A DNA stretch of 64,000 nt. Source: Campylobacterales bacterium. GTDB lineage: Bacteria > Campylobacterota > Campylobacteria > Campylobacterales > QNZT01. The translations under genes and the position numbers were made by a program. Within the stretch, counting starts at the first letter, position 1; each line of letters starts with the position of its first letter. This document shows positions 19,338 through 28,390 of the stretch, piece after piece. Location of the stretch: contig JAMONX010000060.1 of NCBI GenBank assembly GCA_027066435.1, forward strand, positions 5,112-69,111, given 5' to 3'. Below the pieces are notes generated by a model that worked only from the letters and a program-made list of their open reading frames with translations, ran no database searches and was not told the origin of the DNA.

Positions 19338-19835
19338 GTGAAAACTTTCCTATTACTCATAACCATATCTTTTTTCATATCTTGTGGATATAAACCTACT
19401 TCAATTTATACAAAAGAGGTTTTAGGGGAGAAGATTTATACAGAAGTTACAATTTCGGTTGAAGATCCTGAAAATAGTGTTTTAATAAAAGATGCAGTAA
19501 ATGAAGCTGTTGTAAAACAGTTTCATTCAGAGCTTACTTCAAAAGAGGACGCTGATAGTTTTTTCCATCTGACTCTAAATTCTGTCTCATTTGTTCCAAT
19601 TAAATATGATCTAAATGGTTACATAGTTGCTTATAAAACTTATATTGGTCTAAAAACATTATATACTGATAAAAATGGTAATAAACAAGTTATCAATACA
19701 ACAGGTGATTATGATTTTCTTATAGAGTCTAATTCTCTGATATCTGATACAAAAAGATTTGAAGCGATTAAATTTGCAAGTCAAAAAGCCCTTGATGGGC
19801 TTCGTTCTAAAATTGCAATAAAAGGGATAAAATGA
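19338..19835 (+). CDS. lptE: LPS-assembly lipoprotein LptE-like
   Basis: Lipobox (FFISC). About 165 aa. Directly downstream of leuS, as in the conserved leuS-lptE arrangement. GTG start. Confidence 0.55.
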   Translation: MKTFLLLITISFFISCGYKPTSIYTKEVLGEKIYTEVTISVEDPENSVLIKDAVNEAVVKQFHSELTSKEDADSFFHLTLNSVSFVPIKYDLNGYIVAYKTYIGLKTLYTDKNGNKQVINTTGDYDFLIESNSLISDTKRFEAIKFASQKALDGLRSKIAIKGIK

Positions 19836-21373
19836 CAATAAATGACATTGTTAGAGAGACTTTAAAAGTTCTAAACACAAATAAAACACCTTTAACTCCT
19901 GATAACTATCATAAAATGTTTTGTTCTATTGCCAAAAAAAGAGGCTTTAGCCTGCTTGATTGTAATAAACTTGATAAATTTAAAGAGAAACTCAACCCTT
20001 TTTTAAAAGAGGATATGGCAAAGTATAATGTAAATACAGTTGATGAATTTTTAACTTATCTTGTGGCGACACTGAACCGTGTAGCAGGACAGGAAAAAAA
20101 CAAACAAAATTTAATTCTTATCACTTTAGTCAAGCGACTTCTTCAATCTATAACACTATTACACAATAAAAAAGCAACACTACTTGCAAATGCTTCTATT
20201 GAGCGAATAGAGTATCTATCTGATTATAATAGTTTTGAAATTATTAAAGATAAGTGGTTTGATTTTTTAACCTCTTATGATGATGAATTTTTAAAAGCTC
20301 TTAATGATTATATCAAAGTAAACTCTTCAGATTTAGAAGATATAGTAAGTGAAATTATAAAAGCTTTAAGCAAAAGTAATGAAAATCAAACTATAGAGGT
20401 TATGGTCTCAATGATTATTTCATCTCTAACTCCCTCTCTTGCCCAAAATTTAGATGATGAGTTAGCAACTCTTAGTTATGAACTTAAAAATGCACCTCAT
20501 ATTATTAATACAAAAGAGACTCAAAAACGAATTAAAGATATGGTTATTAAGCGTATAGAAATTGATAAAGAAGAGGTTAAAAATAGAGTTTTATCTTTGG
20601 ATGAGCTTTTAGGAACTGTATCAGATCATATAGTAAATCTTGTGGATAAAAGCAATTTAAGCCAAAAGAGAATAGCTGATATAAAAAATGAGTTGCAGAA
20701 TTTTAGTCAAGATAGAGAGAGTTTTGAAACAATAAAAGAGAGATTGATTAAAATCGCTAAGTCACTAGAAGTTGAGACAGATCTTTTAAGTGTCAAGATG
20801 CAAGAAGATGATAAAGTAGTAAGAATACTTCAAGAGAAAAATAGAAAACTTCAAGCTGCTTTGGCAGTTGCAAAAAAAGAGAGTAGAAAAGATTTTTTAA
20901 CGTCATTAGTTTCTAAGAGAGGATTAGATGATGAGTTAAATAGAGTTGATAAAAGTTATATAAGATATAAAATAGAGTACTCTATCTGTTTTTTTGATAT
21001 TGACCACTTCAAGATGATAAATGATACTTATGGGCATGAAGCGGGTGATGTAATACTCAAACAAATGGGAGCAATATTTTCAGAATTAAAAAGAGATGTT
21101 GATATTATTGGTAGATATGGTGGTGAAGAATTTTTAGCAATTTTGCCAAATACTCCGCTAGTTGGTGCATTGATATTTGCCCAAAAAGTTAGAAAGAAAG
21201 TTGAAGAGTTTAATTTCTTATATAAAGATAAAAAAATTTCTGTGACAATTTCTGTAGGTGTATCTCATTGTAGTGAACATAAAAATCAAAAAGATCTTAT
21301 ATCAAATGCAGATAGTGAACTCTATAAAGCAAAACAAGCAGGAAGGAACAGGGTATTTCCCCAAAAAGATTGA
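19832..21373 (+). CDS. Diguanylate cyclase (GGDEF domain) with long helical N-terminal region
   Basis: C-terminal GGDEF domain with a GGEEF active site, and an RxxD I-site (RDVD) exactly 5 residues upstream. The ~340-aa coiled-coil-rich N-terminal region has no domain I recognise. Confidence 0.85.
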   Translation: MTINDIVRETLKVLNTNKTPLTPDNYHKMFCSIAKKRGFSLLDCNKLDKFKEKLNPFLKEDMAKYNVNTVDEFLTYLVATLNRVAGQEKNKQNLILITLVKRLLQSITLLHNKKATLLANASIERIEYLSDYNSFEIIKDKWFDFLTSYDDEFLKALNDYIKVNSSDLEDIVSEIIKALSKSNENQTIEVMVSMIISSLTPSLAQNLDDELATLSYELKNAPHIINTKETQKRIKDMVIKRIEIDKEEVKNRVLSLDELLGTVSDHIVNLVDKSNLSQKRIADIKNELQNFSQDRESFETIKERLIKIAKSLEVETDLLSVKMQEDDKVVRILQEKNRKLQAALAVAKKESRKDFLTSLVSKRGLDDELNRVDKSYIRYKIEYSICFFDIDHFKMINDTYGHEAGDVILKQMGAIFSELKRDVDIIGRYGGEEFLAILPNTPLVGALIFAQKVRKKVEEFNFLYKDKKISVTISVGVSHCSEHKNQKDLISNADSELYKAKQAGRNRVFPQKD

Positions 21374-22533
21374 GAGAATTAGAGATATTTTTAGCTAAAA
21401 AACCACTTTACTATAAAAAGATTGATTATACAAGAATGCCCAAAGTTTGGGCGAGTGTAGAGGAATATTTTAGACTTCCAAAAATTATTCATATTGTTGG
21501 AACCAATGGCAAAGGAAGTACAGGACGATTTTTAGCACACTTTTTGTATAAATCTAATGTAAAAGTTGGACACTATAGCTCTCCTCATATTTTAAAATTT
21601 AACGAACGAATCTGGATTGATGGAGATAATATCAGCGATGAAGAGCTTGAGGTAAATCATAAAAAATTGCTTAAGATTTTAAGTAAAGAAGCTCAAGAGT
21701 CGCTATCGTATTTTGAATATACAACACTTTTAGCAATGTTGTCTTTTAGCAATTGTGAATATGTTGTGCTTGAAGCTGGGCTTGGTGGTGAATATGATGC
21801 AACTGCAATTTTTGAAAGTGATTTGACCCTTGTAACTCCAATATCATATGATCATCAAGAGTTTTTAGGAGATGATATACAAGAGATTGCTAAGACTAAA
21901 TTAAAGGCAGTTCGTAAGTTTGCTGTATTGGCAAAACAGGATTATTTGGAGGTTTATAAAGTCTCAAAAAAATTAGCAAGAATGGACTCTCTTGAGATAT
22001 TTAGATATGATTATTTCTTTGGATTTGATGAAGTTTTAGAGGCAAATGAGCTTATAAAAAAGCTACAAATGGCAGAGTTTTTTGTTGATAATCTTCTTTT
22101 AGCAATGGCAGGAGCAAAATTCTTTGGATTTGAAATCGACTTTAAAAAGTTACAAGATTTAAAAATTTTTGGAAGATGTCAAAAGATAAATTCAAATATA
22201 ACAATAGATGTAGGACACAACAGTGCCGCTGCAACTGCACTCTTAAAACACTTTAAGAATCAAAAAATTATCTTGGTATATAACACCTATGCAGATAAGG
22301 ATTATAAAGAAATTTTACAAATTTTGCATCCAGTTATTAAAAGAGTTGAAATTTTGCCGATATTAAGTGAAAGAGTTGAACAAAAAGAGATTTTGCAAAA
22401 GAGGTTAGACTCTTTACAAATTGAGTTTAACGATTTTATAAAAATTGATAAACAAGAGCAATATCTAGTATTTGGTTCTTTTTTAGTTGTAGAGGAGTTT
22501 TTAAAAAATTATTATGTGGAGAGTAAAAGGTAA
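21370..22533 (+). CDS. folC: Folylpolyglutamate synthase / dihydrofolate synthase
   Basis: Mur-ligase-type P-loop GTNGKGST, with size and layout of FolC. TTG start overlaps the upstream stop. Confidence 0.8.
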   Translation: MRELEIFLAKKPLYYKKIDYTRMPKVWASVEEYFRLPKIIHIVGTNGKGSTGRFLAHFLYKSNVKVGHYSSPHILKFNERIWIDGDNISDEELEVNHKKLLKILSKEAQESLSYFEYTTLLAMLSFSNCEYVVLEAGLGGEYDATAIFESDLTLVTPISYDHQEFLGDDIQEIAKTKLKAVRKFAVLAKQDYLEVYKVSKKLARMDSLEIFRYDYFFGFDEVLEANELIKKLQMAEFFVDNLLLAMAGAKFFGFEIDFKKLQDLKIFGRCQKINSNITIDVGHNSAAATALLKHFKNQKIILVYNTYADKDYKEILQILHPVIKRVEILPILSERVEQKEILQKRLDSLQIEFNDFIKIDKQEQYLVFGSFLVVEEFLKNYYVESKR

Positions 22534-23317
22534 AAAACTAAACAATTTATATGTCATTATACTTTCAACAATTGCTGCAGTTTTTGTTATTGTAGCTATT
22601 GTATCAATCTTTTTTACATCAAAAATTAGTGAATTAAAAAAAGAGCAATTAAATTTTACTCAGTCTACTGCTTATATGGAAGAGACAGATTTTGAATATT
22701 TGAGAAAAGAGAATCAATTTGATGAAATTACAGAGTTGATTGGACAAAATGTTAAAATTAAAAATCTTCTTAGTGGGCTTTCTCGTTCATCAAAAGCATT
22801 GATTGTTAGTAGTATTCCCAGCGGATATCCTGTAAATTTAAATAGAGTAACTTCATCATTTGGATATAGAATGCATCCAATATACAAAAAAAGAAAATTT
22901 CACCACGGCATAGATTTTGGTGGAAAATCTGGCACTCCAATAGTCGCAACAGCTGATGGAATAGTAGCATTTTCTGGTTATGACTCTGGATATGGTAATT
23001 TTGTTAGAATTTCTCATAACTTTGGTTTTAAAACAGCTTATGGTCATATGTTAAAAAAGCTAAAAGTAAAAAAAGGCGATTTTATCAAAAAAGGTGATGT
23101 TATTGGATATTTGGGAAATAGTGGAGTTTCAACAGGACCGCATCTTCATTATGAGGTAAAATATCTTAATAGCTCACTAGATCCAAAGAATTTTTTAACT
23201 TTTAATGAAAAAAATTTTGAAACACTTTTTTCTATAGAAAAACATGTAGCTTGGGATAGTTTGATATGGGCAATCACGAGTCAGTACTCAAAAGTAGGGT
23301 TAGCTAGGTTGTATTAA
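22514..23317 (+). CDS. M23 family metallopeptidase (peptidoglycan DD-endopeptidase type)
   Basis: N-terminal TM anchor. HHGIDF and GPHLHYEV zinc-ligand motifs. Confidence 0.85.
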   Translation: MWRVKGKKLNNLYVIILSTIAAVFVIVAIVSIFFTSKISELKKEQLNFTQSTAYMEETDFEYLRKENQFDEITELIGQNVKIKNLLSGLSRSSKALIVSSIPSGYPVNLNRVTSSFGYRMHPIYKKRKFHHGIDFGGKSGTPIVATADGIVAFSGYDSGYGNFVRISHNFGFKTAYGHMLKKLKVKKGDFIKKGDVIGYLGNSGVSTGPHLHYEVKYLNSSLDPKNFLTFNEKNFETLFSIEKHVAWDSLIWAITSQYSKVGLARLY

Positions 23318-23458
23318 TTTAGATTAAATGAGTAAAATTTGTAAGATTTTAGCCCTAATTTGGTAAATAATAAGTATATTTTTCTATCTAAATTGATTTT
23401 TTAGATGAATTTGACTAGAATATCCTTTATTATTATATATTTGGAGAATCTAACTTAC

Positions 23459-24787
23459 ATGAAAAACAAAAATTTTATAGCATTAGGCTTTATATCAACT
23501 TTCGTTGCAACTGCTCTTTTATTATCTTCATCACTTTTTGCAAAGAGCAATGAACCATTAAATTCACAAATTGGTGGGGATAGACTTAATGCTTTAGCAA
23601 AATATACAAAAGTTATACAAGCTGTTGAACAATATTATGTTGATGACCAAAATATATCAGATATTATTGATATGTCGCTTGAGGGACTTTTGACAAATTT
23701 AGATGCTCACTCTTCATTTATGAATAAAAAGAAATTTAAAGATATGAAGATTCAAACCGAAGGTGAATTTGGGGGACTTGGTATCACTGTTGGTATGAGG
23801 GATGGGGCTTTAACAGTAATTGCTCCTATTGAAGGTACTCCAGCTGATAAAGCAGGGATGAAATCTGAAGACATAATTTTAAAAATTGATGACAAATCAA
23901 CACTCAATATGACAATTGATGAAGCCGTATCTTTAATGAGAGGAAAACCAAAAACAAAAATTAACCTTACGATTGTGAGAAAAAGCGAAACAAAACCACT
24001 AAATATAGAAATAATTAGAGATATTATAAAAATAGATTCTGTTTATACTAAAAAGATTGAAGATAGTGGAGTTCTCTATATTCGAGTAACTAGTTTTGAT
24101 AAAAAAGTAACAGATGAAGTTAAAAAAGCTCTTATAAAGAACAAAGGTTCAATGAAAGGGTTGATTTTAGATCTTAGAAATAATCCAGGTGGATTATTAA
24201 ACCAAGCTGTTGGATTATCTGATCTGTTTATTGATGAGGGTATTATTGTTTCACAAAAAGGGAAGTTAGAGAGAGAAAATCAAGTATTTAATGCTACAAA
24301 AGCAGGAACATTTAAAGATATTCCTTTGGTTGTTCTTATAAATGGTGGAAGTGCGAGTGCGAGTGAAATTGTAAGTGGAGCGCTTCAAGATCATAAGAGA
24401 GCAGTTGTTGTTGGAAATAAGAGCTTTGGTAAAGGTTCAGTTCAAGTAATACTTCCTATTGGAAACGAAGAAGCGTTAAGACTTACAGTTGCTAGATATT
24501 ATCTTCCAAATGGTAGAACTATACAAGCAAAAGGCGTAGAACCTGATATAGAAGTGCATCCGGGTGAAGTTGTTGTAGATAAAGATGATTTTTCTATAAA
24601 AGAGAGCGATTTAAAAAAACATTTAGAAGGACAACTTGAAAAACTTGAAGGTAAAAAGAAGAGTGATAAAAAAGAGGATAAAAAAGATAAAAAACTAATA
24701 ACAAAAGAGGATATTTTAAAAGATATTCAGCTCAAAACTGCAATTGATACAATTAAAGTTTTAACAATTACAAATGGATTTCATTAG
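23459..24787 (+). CDS. Carboxy-terminal processing peptidase, S41 family
   Basis: Signal peptide after Met19 ([24 protein letters not shown]), a PDZ region, the [16 protein letters not shown] Ser motif and a catalytic Lys region. GGAG lies 12 nt upstream of the ATG at 23459, so the 23405 start is less likely. Confidence 0.85.
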   Translation: MKNKNFIALGFISTFVATALLLSSSLFAKSNEPLNSQIGGDRLNALAKYTKVIQAVEQYYVDDQNISDIIDMSLEGLLTNLDAHSSFMNKKKFKDMKIQTEGEFGGLGITVGMRDGALTVIAPIEGTPADKAGMKSEDIILKIDDKSTLNMTIDEAVSLMRGKPKTKINLTIVRKSETKPLNIEIIRDIIKIDSVYTKKIEDSGVLYIRVTSFDKKVTDEVKKALIKNKGSMKGLILDLRNNPGGLLNQAVGLSDLFIDEGIIVSQKGKLERENQVFNATKAGTFKDIPLVVLINGGSASASEIVSGALQDHKRAVVVGNKSFGKGSVQVILPIGNEEALRLTVARYYLPNGRTIQAKGVEPDIEVHPGEVVVDKDDFSIKESDLKKHLEGQLEKLEGKKKSDKKEDKKDKKLITKEDILKDIQLKTAIDTIKVLTITNGFH

Positions 24788-24795
24788 GAGATAAA

Positions 24796-25515
24796 ATGGA
24801 AAAAAAAGAACTTTTATATGAGGGTAAAGCAAAAAAATTATATAAGTGTCAGGATGATGATAAGCTTATAGCAGAGTTCAAAGATGACTTAACCGCATTT
24901 AATGCCCAAAAAAAGGGAAGTGAATTAGGAAAAGGTGCATTAAATTGTAAAATAAGCACAGAACTATTTGCACTTTTAGAAGCAAATGGTGTAAAAACCC
25001 ATATGGTAGAGACTTTGGATGATAATCATCAGTTAGTAAAAAAAGTTGATATTATAGCTATTGAAGTTGTAGTTAGAAATACTGCAACGGGTTCACTTAG
25101 TAGAAGGTTGGGCATAGAAGATGGATTAGTTTTACCATTTACTCTTGTTGAGTTTTATCTTAAAGATGATGACCTTGATGATCCGATTATCACAGATGAC
25201 CATTGTATGCTTTTGGAACTTGTAGATGATAGAAGAAAACTTGATATTTTAAGAGAAAAAGGTTTACAAATCAACAGAATTTTAAAAGAGTTCTTTAGCC
25301 AAAGAAGATTGAACCTTGTTGATTTTAAGGTTGAGTTTGGAATTGATAGTGAGGGTGAAATTCTTCTTAGTGATGAGATAAGTCCTGATAGTTGTAGATT
25401 TTGGGATATGGATAGTGGTGAAAAATTAGATAAAGATCGTTTTCGTCAAAATCTTGGAAATGTAAAAGTAGCTTATGAAGAGGTATTAAAAAGAGTTTTA
25501 GGAGATGCTTTATGA
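24796..25515 (+). CDS. purC: Phosphoribosylaminoimidazole-succinocarboxamide (SAICAR) synthase
   Basis: N-terminal [10 protein letters not shown] signature. purC-purS-purQ order. Confidence 0.95.
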   Translation: MEKKELLYEGKAKKLYKCQDDDKLIAEFKDDLTAFNAQKKGSELGKGALNCKISTELFALLEANGVKTHMVETLDDNHQLVKKVDIIAIEVVVRNTATGSLSRRLGIEDGLVLPFTLVEFYLKDDDLDDPIITDDHCMLLELVDDRRKLDILREKGLQINRILKEFFSQRRLNLVDFKVEFGIDSEGEILLSDEISPDSCRFWDMDSGEKLDKDRFRQNLGNVKVAYEEVLKRVLGDAL

Positions 25516-25754
25516 AAGCCATTGTAAATGTTGGTTTAAAAGAGGGTGTATTAGATCCTGCAGGAAAGGCGGTTCATCACGCTCTTTTAGCTCTTCGTTT
25601 CTCAAATATCAATGGTGTAAGAATTGGTAAGCAGATTGTAATTGATTTAGATGAAAATGATGAAAAAAAAGCTAAAGAAGACCTTGAAAAGATGTGTGAA
25701 GAGCTTTTAGCAAATACTGTTATAGAAGATTATAATATAGAGATTGTTAAATGA
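25512..25754 (+). CDS. purS: FGAM synthase subunit PurS
   Basis: 80-aa protein with [10 protein letters not shown] motif, overlapping purC and purQ by 4 nt each. Confidence 0.9.
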   Translation: MKAIVNVGLKEGVLDPAGKAVHHALLALRFSNINGVRIGKQIVIDLDENDEKKAKEDLEKMCEELLANTVIEDYNIEIVK

Positions 25755-26422
25755 AAATAGCAGTTATCCTTTATCCTGGAACAAACTGTGAGTATGATAG
25801 TAAATATGCATATGAGATGTTAAATCAAAATGTAGAGCTGATTTGGCATAAAGAGACAAAATTACCACAAAATTTAGACTTAGTGGTAATTGCTGGTGGA
25901 TTTAGTTACGGAGATGCACTTAGAAGTGGAGCTATTGCTAAGTTTTCACCAATAACTAAAGCCATTGTTGAGTATGCCAATAGTGGTGGAAAAGTTTTAG
26001 GAATTTGCAATGGATTTCAGATACTTTTAGAGGCAAATTTACTTCCAGGAGCTATGAAACACAATAAAAATGTACATTTTATCTCAAAATATCATCACTT
26101 AAAAGTAGAAAATAGTGAAAATGATTTTTTAAAAGAGTTAAAAAAAGGAGATATTGTAAATATACCAATTTCCCATGGTGAGGGAAATTATTATATTGAT
26201 TCAGATGCACTTGATGAACTTTATGATAATAATCAAATTCTTTTAACTTATTGTGATGAAAATGGCAAAATTCTAAATCCTAATGGTTCAGTAGATTCAA
26301 TCGCAGGAATCTGCAATAAAAATAGAAATGTATTTGGCTTAATGCCTCACCCTGAGAGAGCAATGGAAAAATTACTAGGTTCAGATGATGGTATAAAAAT
26401 GTTACAGGGTTTGATTAGTTGA
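25751..26422 (+). CDS. purQ: FGAM synthase glutamine amidotransferase subunit PurQ
   Basis: Class I GATase motifs: GICNGFQ nucleophile elbow and MPHPER. Confidence 0.95.
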   Translation: MKIAVILYPGTNCEYDSKYAYEMLNQNVELIWHKETKLPQNLDLVVIAGGFSYGDALRSGAIAKFSPITKAIVEYANSGGKVLGICNGFQILLEANLLPGAMKHNKNVHFISKYHHLKVENSENDFLKELKKGDIVNIPISHGEGNYYIDSDALDELYDNNQILLTYCDENGKILNPNGSVDSIAGICNKNRNVFGLMPHPERAMEKLLGSDDGIKMLQGLIS

Positions 26423-27708
26423 AAGTAAAACTATTTTTTATTTTAACACTTCTAACACTATTTTCACTACAATCTAATGCTGGTCTGTTTGATAATCTGT
26501 TTGGAGGAGGTAAAGAGGCTCCTCAAATCAGACAAGAAGAAGCTATTATCATAGAAGATGAGGAGATTATCTCTGCTGAGGATTATCTAAATAGTACAGA
26601 TGCACCTACAAATATAGAAGTTTTTCCAAATGATGAAGTTTCCTCACAGGCATTTGATGATGCTGAAGAGTTCATTGATGATAGTGATTTTGAAGATCCT
26701 TTGGTTCGAGCACAAAGTATCTTTCTCTCTTTTTCAGACGCACCAAAAAAGATATATCTTTCACAAAGAGTAGTTATAAAATTAAAAGCAGTTGTTACAA
26801 ATGAAAATGTTACATTTTTGAAAACCTCATTTCTAAAAGCAAAAGATATTCAAATTTTAAATAAAAGTGCTTCTTGGAAAAAAACTTCACCAAACTCTTA
26901 TGAAATTTCATATATTCTTAAATTCTTTTCAACGGTCGGTAAGTTACCTGATTTTAAAGTAACAACATATTCAGATGGTAGAGTTTTAAGTAGTGAAACG
27001 CTCTTTGCATACAAACCTAAAATTATTGCTCTTCGTGAAGATAAAGAGTTTTCTTTAGTTCTGTCAAAAGATTTTACTCTCCAAAGTCATAATGAAAAGA
27101 AGTATGATGAAAAATCCAATATTGTAGTTTTAGAGTTAAATGCAACTGAAGCAAATCTTGAAGATTTCCATATACCTTATGCCATAAAAGATGGTATATA
27201 TGATATAAAAGAGTATGGTTTAAATCAAAGTATCTACTATTTTGCAATAATTCCAAATGATATAAAGGTCTTCAAATTTAAATATTTTGACCTTATTAGC
27301 AATAAATATCACATAGTGACTTTTCCTATTTTATTACAAGATAGTAGTATTAGCACACAGACAGATTTAAACCCTCAAAAAAGCAGATTTGCTCTTTATA
27401 AAGCTATAGCTTTAATAGTTTTGGCTTTTATAATATTTCTTTTTTATATAAAAACAAGAGCTTTATATCTTTTGGTTCTTACTTTTGCAGTACTTGCATT
27501 TGTTCTTTATAAGCAGATTCCTATAAGTAAAGTAACATTAGAAAAAGGGGTAAATTTAAGAATTTTGCCAACAGAAAATTCAACTATATTTTATGTCACA
27601 CAAGAGAAAACCCAAGCAGATATGTTACTTAAAAAAGATGGATATATAAAATTGTTACTTCCAAATAAAAAAATCGGATGGATAAATGAAGATTCTACAA
27701 AAAATTAA
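26419..27708 (+). CDS. Membrane protein with acidic N-terminal region and C-terminal SH3-like segment; function unknown
   Basis: Signal peptide, Asp/Glu-rich stretch, two TM helices near residue 330-365, and a C-terminal ~60 aa resembling bacterial SH3 (GVNLRILPTENSTIFY...GWINE). TTG start overlaps the purQ stop. Confidence 0.5.
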   Translation: MKVKLFFILTLLTLFSLQSNAGLFDNLFGGGKEAPQIRQEEAIIIEDEEIISAEDYLNSTDAPTNIEVFPNDEVSSQAFDDAEEFIDDSDFEDPLVRAQSIFLSFSDAPKKIYLSQRVVIKLKAVVTNENVTFLKTSFLKAKDIQILNKSASWKKTSPNSYEISYILKFFSTVGKLPDFKVTTYSDGRVLSSETLFAYKPKIIALREDKEFSLVLSKDFTLQSHNEKKYDEKSNIVVLELNATEANLEDFHIPYAIKDGIYDIKEYGLNQSIYYFAIIPNDIKVFKFKYFDLISNKYHIVTFPILLQDSSISTQTDLNPQKSRFALYKAIALIVLAFIIFLFYIKTRALYLLVLTFAVLAFVLYKQIPISKVTLEKGVNLRILPTENSTIFYVTQEKTQADMLLKKDGYIKLLLPNKKIGWINEDSTKN

Positions 27709-28387
27709 AGCAATTTCAATCTTCATACAGTTTGTAATAACTGTAACAATTGTAATAATTTGTATGAAATTATTTAAGAAAAATATTTGGAAGATAAGAA
27801 GAACTTGGGCTAAGATGCAAGTTTGGTTTATTGGGTATGATTTGGAGATAGAAGGAACTCCTGATAAAGATGCACAAATGTTGATTTTAAATCATCAGAG
27901 TTTGCTTGATATTATATTATTAGAAGCAACAAGCCAGAAAGATATCGCATGGGTAGCAAAAAAAGAGATTGCAGATATGAAATTTTTTGGACAAATCATA
28001 ACGCTTCCAGAGATGATTTCTATCAATAGAGAAGATAAAAAATCACTTTTAAAGCTTTTTGCTGATTCAAAAAAGAGAATTGACGAGGGAAGAGTTATCG
28101 CAATATTCCCAGAAGGAACAAGAGGAGATGGAAAGAAATTAGCACCTTTTAAAGCTGGAACAAAATTAATAGCTTCAAAGTTAAAATTAAAAGTTCAGCC
28201 AATTGTAGTAGTAAATACAAAGAATGTTTTAGATTCTCAAGATTTTGTAGCAAAAAGTGGTAAAGTTAAACTTATATATCTTGATAGCTTTTATGTAAAA
28301 GAGAATAAAAACTGGTTTGAAGATATACAGGTAAATATGCAAGCTACTCTTGATAATGAATTAAAAAAAGGTATAGATACAAACTAA
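27686..28387 (+). CDS. plsC: 1-acyl-sn-glycerol-3-phosphate acyltransferase
   Basis: HX4D acyltransferase motif (NHQSLLD) and the FPEGTR motif, with an N-terminal TM helix. Confidence 0.85.
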   Translation: MKILQKIKAISIFIQFVITVTIVIICMKLFKKNIWKIRRTWAKMQVWFIGYDLEIEGTPDKDAQMLILNHQSLLDIILLEATSQKDIAWVAKKEIADMKFFGQIITLPEMISINREDKKSLLKLFADSKKRIDEGRVIAIFPEGTRGDGKKLAPFKAGTKLIASKLKLKVQPIVVVNTKNVLDSQDFVAKSGKVKLIYLDSFYVKENKNWFEDIQVNMQATLDNELKKGIDTN

Positions 28388-28390
28388 CAG

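Noticed and set aside
23405-23458. Upstream ATG for the S41 peptidase.
   Set aside because: The extra 18 residues precede a normal signal peptide, and GGAG sits 12 nt before the second ATG (23459).
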